Assembly: GCF_963921235.1 (NCBI RefSeq)
Contig: NC_086108.1
Location: 5,270,001 to 5,334,000, forward strand
DNA from: Mobula hypostoma
Lineage: Eukaryota
Length of the DNA stretch: 64,000 bases
Reading direction: 5' to 3'
Position numbers and translations under genes: made by a program. Each line of letters starts with the position of its first letter. Within the stretch, counting starts at the first letter, position 1. The notes under the pieces are model-generated. The model made no database searches and was not told where the DNA came from. It was given only the letters and a program-made list of their open reading frames with translations. Of the stretch, positions 25,063 through 36,044 are shown piece after piece.

Positions 25063-27050
25063 GTAAGTCTGCCCGTGGTTCCCACTGCCCCAGTTAAGGT
25101 GAATGGGACCCGTAAGTAACTCCAGAATCAGAAACGGGTTTATTCTCACTGATGTACGTCATGAAATTTGTTGTTTGGAGACAGGAGTACATCGCAAGGC
25201 GCAGGTGCGTAGACCAGGCAGGCATTCTGACAGAATGAGAGAGTAAACGAGGAGTAGTGAGGTAGTGTTCACGGGTTCAATGTCCATTCAGAAATCGCAT
25301 GGCAAAGGGGAAGAAGCTGTTCCTGAATCGCTGAGTGCAGATCTTTAGGCTCCTGTAACTTGTTGTTCTTTCCCTCCACTAGCAGCTGGTGCTTATCACA
25401 AGTCCTGGTTATGCGACCACTGACACCAGGCGGACAATCTCTGAAAAGTGTTGATACTGGGTGGGGAAAATTGGCCAAGAACAGTCATGGTCATGGAAAG
25501 ACCATGATCGCCCACATCATATAACATGGCACGTAATGATGACGTCATAAGACACAGCACAGAATGATGATGTCATACACCACAGCACATGATGATGATG
25601 ATGATGATGATGACTTTGCCCCAGTGGTAGTAATGGGAAGAGGGTATGTTCTCGGGGGTGGGAGTCCTGAATGATGCATTCCGCATTTTCGTCACATCAC
25701 CTGTATAACTGTTGCCGTGCCTTTGTCACAACTGCATCAATGTGTTGGGCCCAGCTCCTACGACCTTTGTTCCCCAGATCTACGTGTCTTGCTGCAGAGG
25801 GTGGGGGGCGGGGGACAGCGGGTTTGCACTGCCCTGTTGTATAACTGCGCTCGCCTAGCTGTGTTGTGGGGGTGTGGGGAGGGTTTTGCCAGTGGGGTGG
25901 GACATCTCTCTAGAACCAGACTCGCTTACTGCCTGTTACACCGCTGGTGTTTAGAGCAATAATGAAGGTCCTCCATCTCTGGTGGTGTTCAGGGCTTCCT
26001 TCATTGTGTCAGTAGTTTCCTCTCAGTTTTCACTCCTGTCAGTCACGCAAGTCCCGGGTGGAGACTCAGGAATACCATCACACTCAGGTGTAGAAGGATT
26101 CTTCATTGCTGTTTCCGTAACAGTTTTGTTTGACCAGTCAGGGTTGTTAGCCCTGAGCTGAACCCCCGAACCTGGAGGACCGGTGGACCACTCTTAGTCT
26201 GGCCTCTACCCTTTGACCTGTTTGTCCTGGGTGACCCTACCAAGAGCCAAATCATAAAGCCCTGACTCCAGACAACGTAGCTCTCTGGGTCAAGCAAGCC
26301 TCCAAAACTGCGACAAGCTAATGGTCATCTTGGCGGTCTGGCACCAGACCTCGAGGTCAGTCCCGGGAATCTCGGTCCTCTCTTTTCCGGGTTCCAGCTC
26401 AGTGCTGTTTCTGTCAATGTTGTGAGATCTGCCGAGCTGTAGGGAAGGGACTGACCCTGGAGATACTGTCCTTGTGCAGCAGCATGGGGAATTCCTAAAT
26501 CCGGATCCCTGACGGGACTCCTGAGAGCACAAGGAGCAGGTGATGAGGTGGGCAAAGACAGACTGGGACACTGGCAAAACGCTAGAGGAACTCAGCAGGT
26601 CAGGACAAGACCAGACCATTCATCAAGTCTGTCTCAGCCCGAAATGTCGACTGTTTATTCAGTTCCATAGATGCCGAGTTCCTCTCGCATTTTGTGTGTG
26701 TGCGTTGCTCTGGGTTCCAGCATCTGCAAGATCTCTTGTGTTTTAGTGGCCTGGTGCACTGAGGTGAGACATGGGGCTTGTGTTCTGAGACATGGCGTGC
26801 CTCACTAATGGAGCGACACTGCCCTCTTGTGGGCACTGCAGGTGTGAACTTGAATTCCAAGTTTGTGGAACTTCCATGTAATCAACGTAATCAACATTGA
26901 TTTCTATAAATGCCTGTACGTAATCACTCCCTTTTATTTCCCTTCGCTTCCCCTCCCCTGCCCTCATCATCTGCCTTCCTTTCTCCTGTGGCCCACTGTC
27001 CTCTCCTATCAGATTCCTCCTTTTCAGCCCTTTAACACTTCCACCTAACA

Positions 27051-28860
27051 TCACACACAAAATGCTGGAGGAACTCAGCAGGTCAGACAGTGTTGATGGT
27101 CAGAGTAACACACACAAAATGCTGGAGGAACTCAGCGGGACAGACAGTGTCGATGGTCAGAGTAACACACACAAAATGCTGGAGGAACTCAGCGGGACAG
27201 ACAGTGTCGATGGTCAGAGTAACACACGCAAAATGCTGGAGGAACTCAGCAGGTCAGACAGTGTCGATGGTCAGAGTAACACACACAAAATGCTGGAGGA
27301 ACTCAGCAGGTCAGACAGTGTCGATGGTCAGAGTAACACACACAAAATGCTGGAGGAACTCAGCGGGTCAGACAGATCGATGGTCAGAGTAACAACACAA
27401 AATGCTGGAGGAACTCAGCAGGTCAGACAGTGTTGATGGTCAGAGTAACACACACAAAATGCTGGAGGAACTCAGCGGGACAGACAGTGTCGATGGTCAG
27501 AGTAACACACACAAAATGCTGGAGGAACTCAGCGGGACAGACAGTGTCGATGGTCAGAGTAACACACACAAAATGCTGGAGGAACTCAGCAGGTCAGACA
27601 GTGTCGATGGTCAGAGTAACACACACAAAATGCTGGAGGAACTCAGCAGGTCAGACAGTGTCGATGGTCAGAGTAACACACACAAAATGCTGGAGGAACT
27701 CAGCGGGTCAGACAGATCGATGGTCAGAGTAACAACACAAAATGCTGGAGGAACTCAGCAGGTCAGACAGTGTCGATGGTCAGAGTAACACACACAAAAT
27801 GCTGGAGGAACTCAGCGGGACAGACAGTGTCGATGGTCAGAGTAACACACACAAAATGCTGGAGGAACTCAGCGGGACAGACAGTGTCGATGGTCAGAGT
27901 AACACACACAAAATGCTGGAGGAACTCAGCAGGTCAGACAGTGTCGATGGTCAGAGTAACACACACAAAATGCTGGAGGAACTCAGCAGGTCAGACAGTG
28001 TCGATGGTCAGAGTAACACACACAAAATGCTGGAGGAACTCAGCGGGTCAGACAGATCGATGGTCAGAGTAACAACACAAAATGCTGGAGGAACTCAGCA
28101 GGTCAGACAGTGTCGATGGTCAGAGTAACACACACAAAATGCTGGAGGAACTCAGCGGGTCAGACAGTGTCGATGGTCAGAGTAACACACACAAAATGCT
28201 GGAGGAACTCAGCAGGTCAGACAGTGTCGATGGTCAGAGTAACACACACACAAAATGTTGGAGGAACTCAGCAGGACAGACAGTGTCGATGGTCAGAGTA
28301 ACACACACAAAATGCTGGAGGAACTCAGCAGGTCAGACAGTGTCGATGGTCAGAGTAACACACACAAAATGCTGGAGGAACTCAGCGGGACAGACAGTGT
28401 CGATGGTCAGAGTAACACACACAAAATGCCGGAGGAACTCAGCAGGTCAGACAGTGTCGATGGTCAGAGTAACACACACAAAATGCTGGAGGAACTCAGC
28501 AGGTCAGACAGTGTCGATGGTCAGAGTAACACACACAAAATGCTGGAGGAACTCAGCGGGACAGACAGTGTCGATGGTCAGAGTAACACACACAAAATGC
28601 CGGAGGAACTCAGCAGGTCAGACAGTGTCGATGGTCAGAGTAACACACACAAAATGCTGGAGGAACTCAGCGGGTCAGACAGATCGATGGTCAGAGTAAC
28701 ACACACAAAATGCTGGAGGAACTCAGCAGGTCAGACAGTGTCGATGGTCAGAGTAACACACACAAAATGCTGGAGGAACTCAGCGGGACAGACAGTGTTG
28801 ATGGTCAGAGTAACACACACAAAATGCTGGAGGAACTCAGCAGGTCAGGCAGCGTCTCTG
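27051..28860. repeat. 57-bp tandem array (about 32 units) derived from a PLE terminus, with a 340-bp higher-order repeat
   Basis: Unit ACACACAAAATGCTGGAGGAACTCAGCAGGTCAGACAGTGTCGATGGTCAGAGTAAC; identical ORF starts recur at 27062, 27402, 27742 and 28082. Confidence 0.97.
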
Positions 28861-29224
28861 GGAAAAGTTGACGTTTTGGGCGTTGCTCGGATTTCCAGCA
28901 TCCGCTGATGTTCTCTAGTTTGTGGTTTGACCTCTTCCACCTGTCACCTCCCAACTTCTCACATCCCCCCCCTCACCCACTCACCCTCCACCTCACCTGG
29001 TCTCACTTATCACCTAACATCTTGTACGCCTTCCCCTCTTGCTCCTTCGTATTCTCTGGTCTGCCGCCTTCCTGATGGGGAGTCTCGGCCCAAAGCATCG
29101 ACTGTTTATTCCTCTCCATAGGTGCTGCCTGACCGCGCCCCCCCCCATTTGTGTGTGTGTTGCTCTGGAATCCTCACCTGCACTTCAAGTACACGTTAAC
29201 AGGGACACACACACCTCCTGTACC

Positions 29225-29802
29225 GTAGAAAGTGGCCACTGCGTGGATGTTTGTGGTCTTCAGCTGCTAGAGCACTCCAGACCTGCACACCACTGCCGTA
29301 ACGCCTGATTGATTGAGTTCCTGTCGGCTTGAACCCGTCTGGCCATTCTCCTCTGACCTCTCTCATTGATTAAGCACTTTCACCACAGACCTGCCACTCA
29401 CTAGATTTTGTTTTTTTGCACTGTTCTCTGTAAACTGTAGAGCAGGAGTTCCCAACCTGGGGTCCACAGACTCCTCAGCTAATGGTGGCGGTCCATGGCA
29501 TGAGAAAGGTTGGGAACCCCTGACTCTGGAGACTGTTGTGTGGAAAAATCCCAGCAGATCAGCCTTTTCTGAGATCCTTAAACAAACTCCCCCACCCCCA
29601 GTCTGCCACCAACAATCAATCATTCCACGGTCAAAGTCACTCTGATCACATTTCTTCCCCATTCTGACGTTTGGCCTGAACAACAACTGAACCTCTTGAC
29701 CATGTCGGCATGCTTTTATGCACTGAGCAGCTGCCATATGATTGATTAATTAGATATTTGCATTAATAAGCAGGTGTACCTAGCAAAGTGGTCACTGAGA
29801 GT
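29225..29802 (-). mobile_element. Tc1-type non-autonomous element (second copy about 52200-52720, +) containing an 80-bp hAT-type MITE at 29443-29522
   Basis: MGKKCDQSDFDRGMI..ISEKADLLGFFHTTVSRV (Tc1 transposase N-terminus); AAGTGGYCACTG repeats; MITE ends CAGGAGTTCCCAACCT / AGGTTGGGAACCCCTG in a TCTAGA-like target. Confidence 0.75.
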
Positions 29803-29839
29803 AAGTTATCATAAAATGACATAAATTACACAACAGAAA

Positions 29840-30685
29840 ACGGATCCCACCAGCAAACATATCTTTACTTCCCCCCCACCCCTGCTTTCCGCAGGGATCA
29901 CTCCCTCTGTGATTCCCTTGTCCATTTGTCCCTCCCCACTTCTAGCCGAAGTGCTACCCCTGCCCAATCACCTCCATTCAGGCCCCAAACAGCCCCTCCA
30001 GGTGAGGCAGCACCCCACCTGCGAAGCTGCTGGGGTTGTCTGTCTTGTCCGATGCTCCTGGTGCGGCCTCCTCTGCTTTGGTGAGACCCATCGTCATAAA
30101 TTGAGGACCACTTCATCGAGTATCTTTGCTTCATCTGCCAGAAGTGGAACTTACTTGTGGTGAATCATTTTAATTCCCATTCCAACACTTCAGTCCCCAT
30201 TGTGCCAAGATGAGGTGAACCTCAGGGTGGAGGAGCAACACCTTATATTCCACCTGGGTAGCCTCCAAACTGATGGCATGAACGTCGATTTCTCCTTCCA
30301 GTGAACCAATTTCCCTCTTCCACTATTCCTCACTCTGGCCTCTTACCTCTTCTCACCTGCCTATCACCTCCCTGGGTCCTCTCTTTCTTCCCATTCTCCT
30401 ATCGTCTACTGTCCTCTCCTATCAGATCCCTTCCTCTTCAGGCCCTTATCTTTCCTACCCACCTGGTTTCACCCATCACCTAGCTATCCTCCTTCCCCCT
30501 ACCCCCCCCCCCACATTTTTATTCTGGCATCTTCTCCTTCCTTTCCAGTCCTGAAGAAGGGTCTCAGCCCGAAACGTCGACTATCTACTCTTTTCTATAG
30601 ATGCTGCCTGATCTGCTGGGTTCCTCCAGCGTTTTGTGTGTGTTGCTTTGAATTTCCAGCATTTGCAGACTTTCTCGTGTTTAAC
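29840..30685 (+). mobile_element. Decayed Penelope-like element 3' portion (GIY-YIG plus pseudo-LTR); similar copy 55520-56390
   Basis: VVCLVRCSWCGLLCFGETHR; EEQHLIFHLGSLQ.DGMN; terminal hammerhead and GATGCTGCCTG..TCCTCCAGC..GTGTGTGTTG end. Confidence 0.85.
30547..30582 (+). ncRNA. Minimal hammerhead ribozyme motif, sense to the MAP3K10 pre-mRNA (intron 6)
   Basis: AGTC-CTGAAGA-AGGGTCTCAGCCC-GAAA-CGTC-GACT. Confidence 0.72.
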
Positions 30686-30699
30686 ATGACATTATGATT

Positions 30700-32150
30700 T
30701 GACAGATTAGGATAAAGGGCAAGAAAGTGGCAAATAGAAACATAGGAACATAGAAAACCTACAGCCCAATACAGGCCCTTCGGCCCACAAAGTTGTGCCG
30801 AACATGTCCCTACCTTAGAAATTACTGGGCTTACCTATAGCCCTCTATTTCTCTAAGCTTCATGTACTTATCCAAAAGTCTCTTAAAAGACCCTGTCGTA
30901 TCCGCCTCCACCACCGTTGCCGGTAGCCCATTCCACACACTCACCACTCTCTGAGTAAAAAACTTACCCCTGACATCTCCTCTGTACCTACTCCCCGGCA
31001 CCTTAAACCTGTGTCCTCTTGTGGCAACCATTTCATCCCTGAGAAAAAGCCTCTGACTATCCACACGATCAATGCCTCTCATCATCTTATACACCTCTAT
31101 CAGGTCACCTCTCATCCTCCGTCACTCCAAGGAGAAAAGGCCGAGTTCACTCTACCTATTCTGATATGGCATGCTCCCCAATCCAGGCAACATCCTTGTA
31201 AATCTCCTCTGCACCCTTTCTATAGTTTCCATATCCTCCCTGTAGTGAGGCGACTAGAAATGAACACAGTACTCCAGGTGGGGTCTGACCAGGATCCTCT
31301 ATAGCTGCAACATTACCTCTCGGCTCCTAAATGAAATACAATGTTGGAAAATGCATGGTCATGCACTTTGGTAGTAGAAATAAATATGTGAACTATTTTC
31401 TACATGGGGAGAAAATCCAGGAATCTGAGATGCAGAGGGACTTGGGAGTCCTTGTGCAGAACACCCTGAAGGTTAACTTACAGGTTGAGTCAGTGGTGAG
31501 GAAGGCAAATGCCATGTTGACATTCATTTCAATAGGTCCAGAATACAAGAGCAAGGATGTGATACTGAGGCTTTATAAGGCACTGGTGAGGCCTCACCTT
31601 GAGTATTATGAACAATTTTGGTTCCCTCATCTTAGAAAAGATGTGCTGGCATTGGGGAGGGTTCAGAAGAGGTTCTCAAGGATGATTCCAGGAATGAAAG
31701 GGTTATCATAGGAGGATCGTTTGATGGCTCTGGGTCTGTACTCACTGGAATTCAGAAGGATGAGGGGAGGATCTCATTGAAATCTTTCAAATGTTGAAAG
31801 GCCTAGACAGAGTAGATGTGGAAAGAATGTTTACAGTCTAGGAATAGAGGGCACAGCCTCAGGATAGAGGGCGCCATTTCAAAACAGAGATGCGGAAAAA
31901 TTTTGTTAACCAGAGGATGCTGAATTTGTGGAATTTGTTACCACATGCAGCTGTGGAGGCCAGGTTGTTTGGGTGTATTTAAGGCAGAGATTGATAGGTT
32001 CTTGATTGGACATGGCATCAAAAGTTACAGGGAGATGGCTGGGAACTGGGGTTGAGGAGATTAAATAAGAGGGTCAGCCATGATTGAATGGTGGAGCAGA
32101 CTCAATGGGCCAGATGGCCTAATTCTGCTCTTGTGTCTTATGGTCTTATG
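30700..32150 (+). mobile_element. CR1 LINE 3' part with a second, antisense CR1 (about 30736-31328) nested inside
   Basis: Host reads ..KWQ|MKYNVGKCMVMHFG..QRDLGVLV..RPHLEY across the insert; insert ORF 30831-31115(-) MRGDLIEVYKMMRGIDRV. Confidence 0.88.
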
Positions 32151-32711
32151 GTGTCAGCAGGTGATGGCTGATAACTGTGGTCCACGGGTCCAATGAAGGC
32201 TGGAGGCCCAGCCTGTACAGTGTTTGGAGGACTGTCTGTGTGTGTGGGTAGATGGGAGGGAGGAAGGGGCTCGTTTTGTTGCTGCTGAACACCGTGGACA
32301 CACTAAGTTGGCGCCGGAATGTGTGGTGACACTAGCGGACTGCCCCCAGCACGTCCTTGATTTGTGTTGGTTGTGAATGCAATGGTGCTTTTCACCATAT
32401 GTTTGATGTACACGGGATATAAATCTGAATCTGCACCTGAATGTTTGTGCAAACTGAGGTAGGCATAATCCGATGGAGAGGGAGGGATTTTCAGGTTGAG
32501 GGCAGTGGAAAGAAGCCATTGTTGAATGGTCCCAGAATGCACCTGAACACTTAACAGCCGACAAGGTATTTCATAACCTGTCAAAGCTGAGGCATTGTGG
32601 GAAATTCTGTAAGTGTCAACACCGTGGCATTGTGGGAAATTCTGCAGCATCCAATATCAAAGACCCCCATCCAGGCCTTGCTGTCTTCTCACCACTGCTA
32701 CCATTGGGCAG

Positions 32712-33185
32712 GAGCCTCAGGTCCCACACCACCAGGTTCAGGAACAGTTACTACCCCACAACCATCAGGCTCCTGAACCAGTGTGGATAACTTCACTCAC
32801 CACAATGAGCCTCAGGTCCCACACCACCAGGTTCAGGAACAGTTATTACCCCACAACCATCAGGCTCCTGAACCAGTGTGGATAACTTCACTCACCACAA
32901 TGAGCCTCAGGTCCTACACCACCAGGTTCAGGAACAGTTATTACCCCACAACCATCAGGCTCCTGAACCAGTGTGGATAACTTCACTCACCACAATGAGC
33001 CTCAGGTCCCACACCACCAGGTTCAGGAACAGTTATTACCCCACAACCATCAGGCTCCTGAACCAGTGTGGATAACTTCACTCACCACAATGAGCCTCAG
33101 GTCCCAGACCACCAGGTTCAGGAATAGTTATTACCCCACAACCATCAGGCTCCTGAACCAGTGTGGATAACTTCACTCACCACAA
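32712..33185. repeat. 95-bp tandem repeat (5 units) of a Rex1/Babar LINE 3' segment
   Basis: ORF starts at 32783, 32878 and 32973 (95-bp period); unit encodes SLRSHTTRFRNSYYPTTIRLLN*. Confidence 0.95.
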
Positions 33186-33340
33186 CTCTGAACTGATTCC
33201 ACAACCTACGGACTCATTTTCAAGGACTCTTCATCTCAGGTTCTTGATATTTGCGGGTAAAGCTTTCTCGCTATTGAGCACGTCTGCACAAAACACTGTC
33301 TTTACAAGGCGGGTGACCCCAGCCATTATCAATACTCTTC

Positions 33341-33875
33341 AGAAATTCAAGCAACACACATCAAAGTTGCTGGTGAACGCAGCAGGCCAGGCAGCATCTC
33401 TAGGAAGAGGTACAGTCGACGTTTCGGGCCGAGACCCTTCGTCAGGACTAACTGAAAGAAGAGCTAGTAAGAGATTTGAGAGGGGGAGGGGGAGATCCAA
33501 AATGATAGGAGGAGGGGGAGGGGTGGAGCCAAGAGCTGGACAGGTGATTGGCAAAAGGGATATGAGAGGATCATGGGACAGGAGGCCCAGGGAGAAAGAA
33601 AAGGGAGAGGGGGGGAAATACCCAGAGGATGGGCAAGGGGTATAGTGAGAGGGACAGAGGGAGAAAAAGGAGAGAGAGAAAAAGAATGTGTGTATATAAA
33701 TAAATACCGGATGGGGTATGAGGGGGAGGTGGGGCACCAGCGGAAGTCTGAGAAGTCAAGGCACTTCACCTGTGAGTCAGCTGGGGTGATATACTGCGTC
33801 CAGTGCTCCCGATGTGCCTTGACTTCTTAAACTTCTGCTAATGTCCCACCTCCCCCTCGTACCCCGTCTGTTATA
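33341..33875 (-). mobile_element. Young PLE pseudo-LTR (antisense) with short rearranged/inverted pieces
   Basis: Very similar to 3070-3495; followed by plus-strand fragments HFTCESAGVIYCVQCSRC and CCCACCTCCCCCTCGTACCCC. Confidence 0.88.
33414..33449 (-). ncRNA. Minimal hammerhead ribozyme motif
   Basis: Minus strand reads AGTC-CTGACGA-AGGGTCTCGGCCC-GAAA-CGTC-GACT. Confidence 0.78.
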
Positions 33876-34868
33876 GTGAGACGGAGTGCCTTATATCTCT
33901 CTGGAGTAATTATAATTACAATAATTTATTTATTCATCACTTTTAATACAGACGATGTAGTTCAAAGTGTTTTACAAAGTGCAATCATCCATGGAGGGAA
34001 CAAAGAGTCAACATTTTGGGCCAAGACTCTTCATCAGTCTCTCAGCCCAAACGTCAATTGTTTATTCCTGTCCGTAGATGCTGCCTGACCTGCTCAGTTC
34101 CTCCAGCATTTAGATGCTCAGTGTATTGCTCTGGATTTCCAAGCATTTGCAGAATCTCTTGTGTTTATGGAAGGCTGGAGGAATTCAGTGGGTCGCGTGG
34201 CATCTCAAAGTTCAAAGAAGTTCAAAATACTTTTATTATCAAAAAGTAGGTATTCAACCTTGAGATTCACCTCCTTACAGGCAGCCACAAAACCAAGAAA
34301 CCCAATAGAACCCATTACAAAATAGAAGTCTGTCAAACACCCAGTGTGCGGAGAAAAAAAAACACAAATTGTGCAAACAGTAAGAGTGAGCAAAGATCAT
34401 TCAGAACTGAAGTTCAGGAAAGTGATTCCATAGCCACGAAGCCGGCAGCCCGATAGCTGCAGGCCGCAGCCTCGGTTCAGCGCAGAGACGAGTGAAGTTC
34501 ATGGAGAGACGAGCTGAACAGTCCCATCCCTCGCCTGCAGCCCCTGACCTTTCCAATCTGGCCCGGTGCTTAAATCGTCCAAACCTGATGTCGTTCCTCA
34601 CTCTGAGACCCAGGTCCTGCTGCTTCAATATGCTGTCAGGCCTGGGCCCTGCCGCCTCGATTCGACCATTGACATTTGAGGCTGGGACCCTTTATCTCGA
34701 CTGAAAACACCCACAAGACAAAGGAGCAGACTTAGGTCATTCAACCTATCGAGTCTACTCTGCCACTTGCTTCCCACAGATGCTGCCTGATCTGCTGAGT
34801 TCCTCCTGCATCTTGTCTTGTGTTCCTGAGGAAACGTTCAGCTATCACACATGGCAGTGAGCATATAA

Positions 34869-35623
34869 CACTGGATAACACATTTTTTTCAAAAGGGTTG
34901 CTTCCTCAGAATTTTTTTTTGTTAATGATAGACCGCTTGAAGCTGAACACAAATATAATTTCAGACCACCTGCACCACAGAGGAATTTGGAGAAATGAGA
35001 AATTAACTTTTATTGAATATAATGTGTTTAATTGCATAACAGTGTTGTCACTTTGCAATAGTTCAACCGAGCTAAAAATGTTTGGTTGTACTCAGTTTCT
35101 GAGTCTCGCTTAAGTGTCCGACAATAATCAGCCAGCATTGATGGATTCCAGTTGCCCTGATACCGTTTCTCCATGACCGCAATGTCCTGGTGAAATCTTT
35201 CACCATGCTCGTCACTGACAGCGCCAAGATTTGCAGGGAAGGAGTCTAAATGGGAATGCAGAAAACAAATCGTTAGTGACATGTTGCACTTCATGGTTTT
35301 GTATGCTTGAAGCATGCTTTCAACCAGCTGCATGTAGTTTGGTGCTCCGTAGTTGCCAAGAAAACTTTCAACAACTTTAGTGCCTTCCATGTGATTTTCT
35401 CCGGTCCCACTAAAAGTTCTTCGAATTGCCTGTCACTGATGACCTCCTGACTTGTGGACCAACAAAAATGCCTTCCTTAATCTTAGCATCAGTTATTCTG
35501 ATTTGAATTATGAATTGAAATAACAAATATAGGCGATTTAAAAAAATAATGGTGCGTGATAGGGAAATTTTCCTGGTGATTTTCCCAGAAGTATTCAGGA
35601 AGCAAAATCTTTTTTGTCCAGTG
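34869..35623 (-). mobile_element. Internally deleted DNA transposon, probably Chapaev3 (CMC superfamily)
   Basis: Termini CACTGGATAA / TTGTCCAGTG, flanked by TAA and TTA; transposase C-terminus KIKEGIFVGPQ..FLGNY..CNMSL..FLHSHLDSFPANLGAVSDEHGERFHQDIAVMEKRYQG.W...MLADYC; minus-strand AATAAA near 35010. Confidence 0.75.
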
Positions 35624-35905
35624 TTAACGGCTTCAGTTAAAGGCAAAATATCCGGTGAACTCGCCTGTGAGATTGCAGCCATGAATTTCTCAGTGTCCAC
35701 CCGCAAGGTCAGATAATTCCTCACCTGAAAGGCCACATCAGTAACACTGCAGCCCTGGCGCCCAGAGTTTGACGTGTGAGGGTCGGGGAGCTGGACGTGA
35801 ACCCACGATCTGCTGCCCGTGGGCGAAGGCGTGACCCACGGGGCTGCGATGTCAGCGAGGGGTGCTGCGGCCTGGTGCGTGACTGTGTTGTTTCCCATTT
35901 GGCAG

Positions 35906-36044
35906 TGACTCCGGGCGAGGGCTGCCAGACCTGGGGCCGGACTGCGGTGTACAAGCACGAGGAGCTCGAGGGCCACAAAAAGAAGGGGAGAACGTGGGGG
36001 CCCAGCTCAACTCAGCCAAAGGAGCGGCTTGGCGGTGAGGAGAG
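35906..36044 (+). CDS. MAP3K10: MAP3K10 exon 7
   Basis: tggcag|...|gtgagt; [47 protein letters not shown]. Confidence 0.94.

Noticed and set aside
27051..28860. CRISPR-like or repeat-protein reading of the 57-bp array (ORFs MLEELSRSDSVDGQSNTHK...)
   Set aside because: No unique spacers and no cas genes, in a eukaryotic intron. The ORFs exist only because 57 is divisible by 3, and they break at indel units.
35410..35976. 188-aa minus-strand ORF as a full transposase N-terminus
   Set aside because: Only the last ~25 residues (KIKEGIFVGPQ) are transposase-like; the rest crosses the element terminus and the antisense of exon 7.
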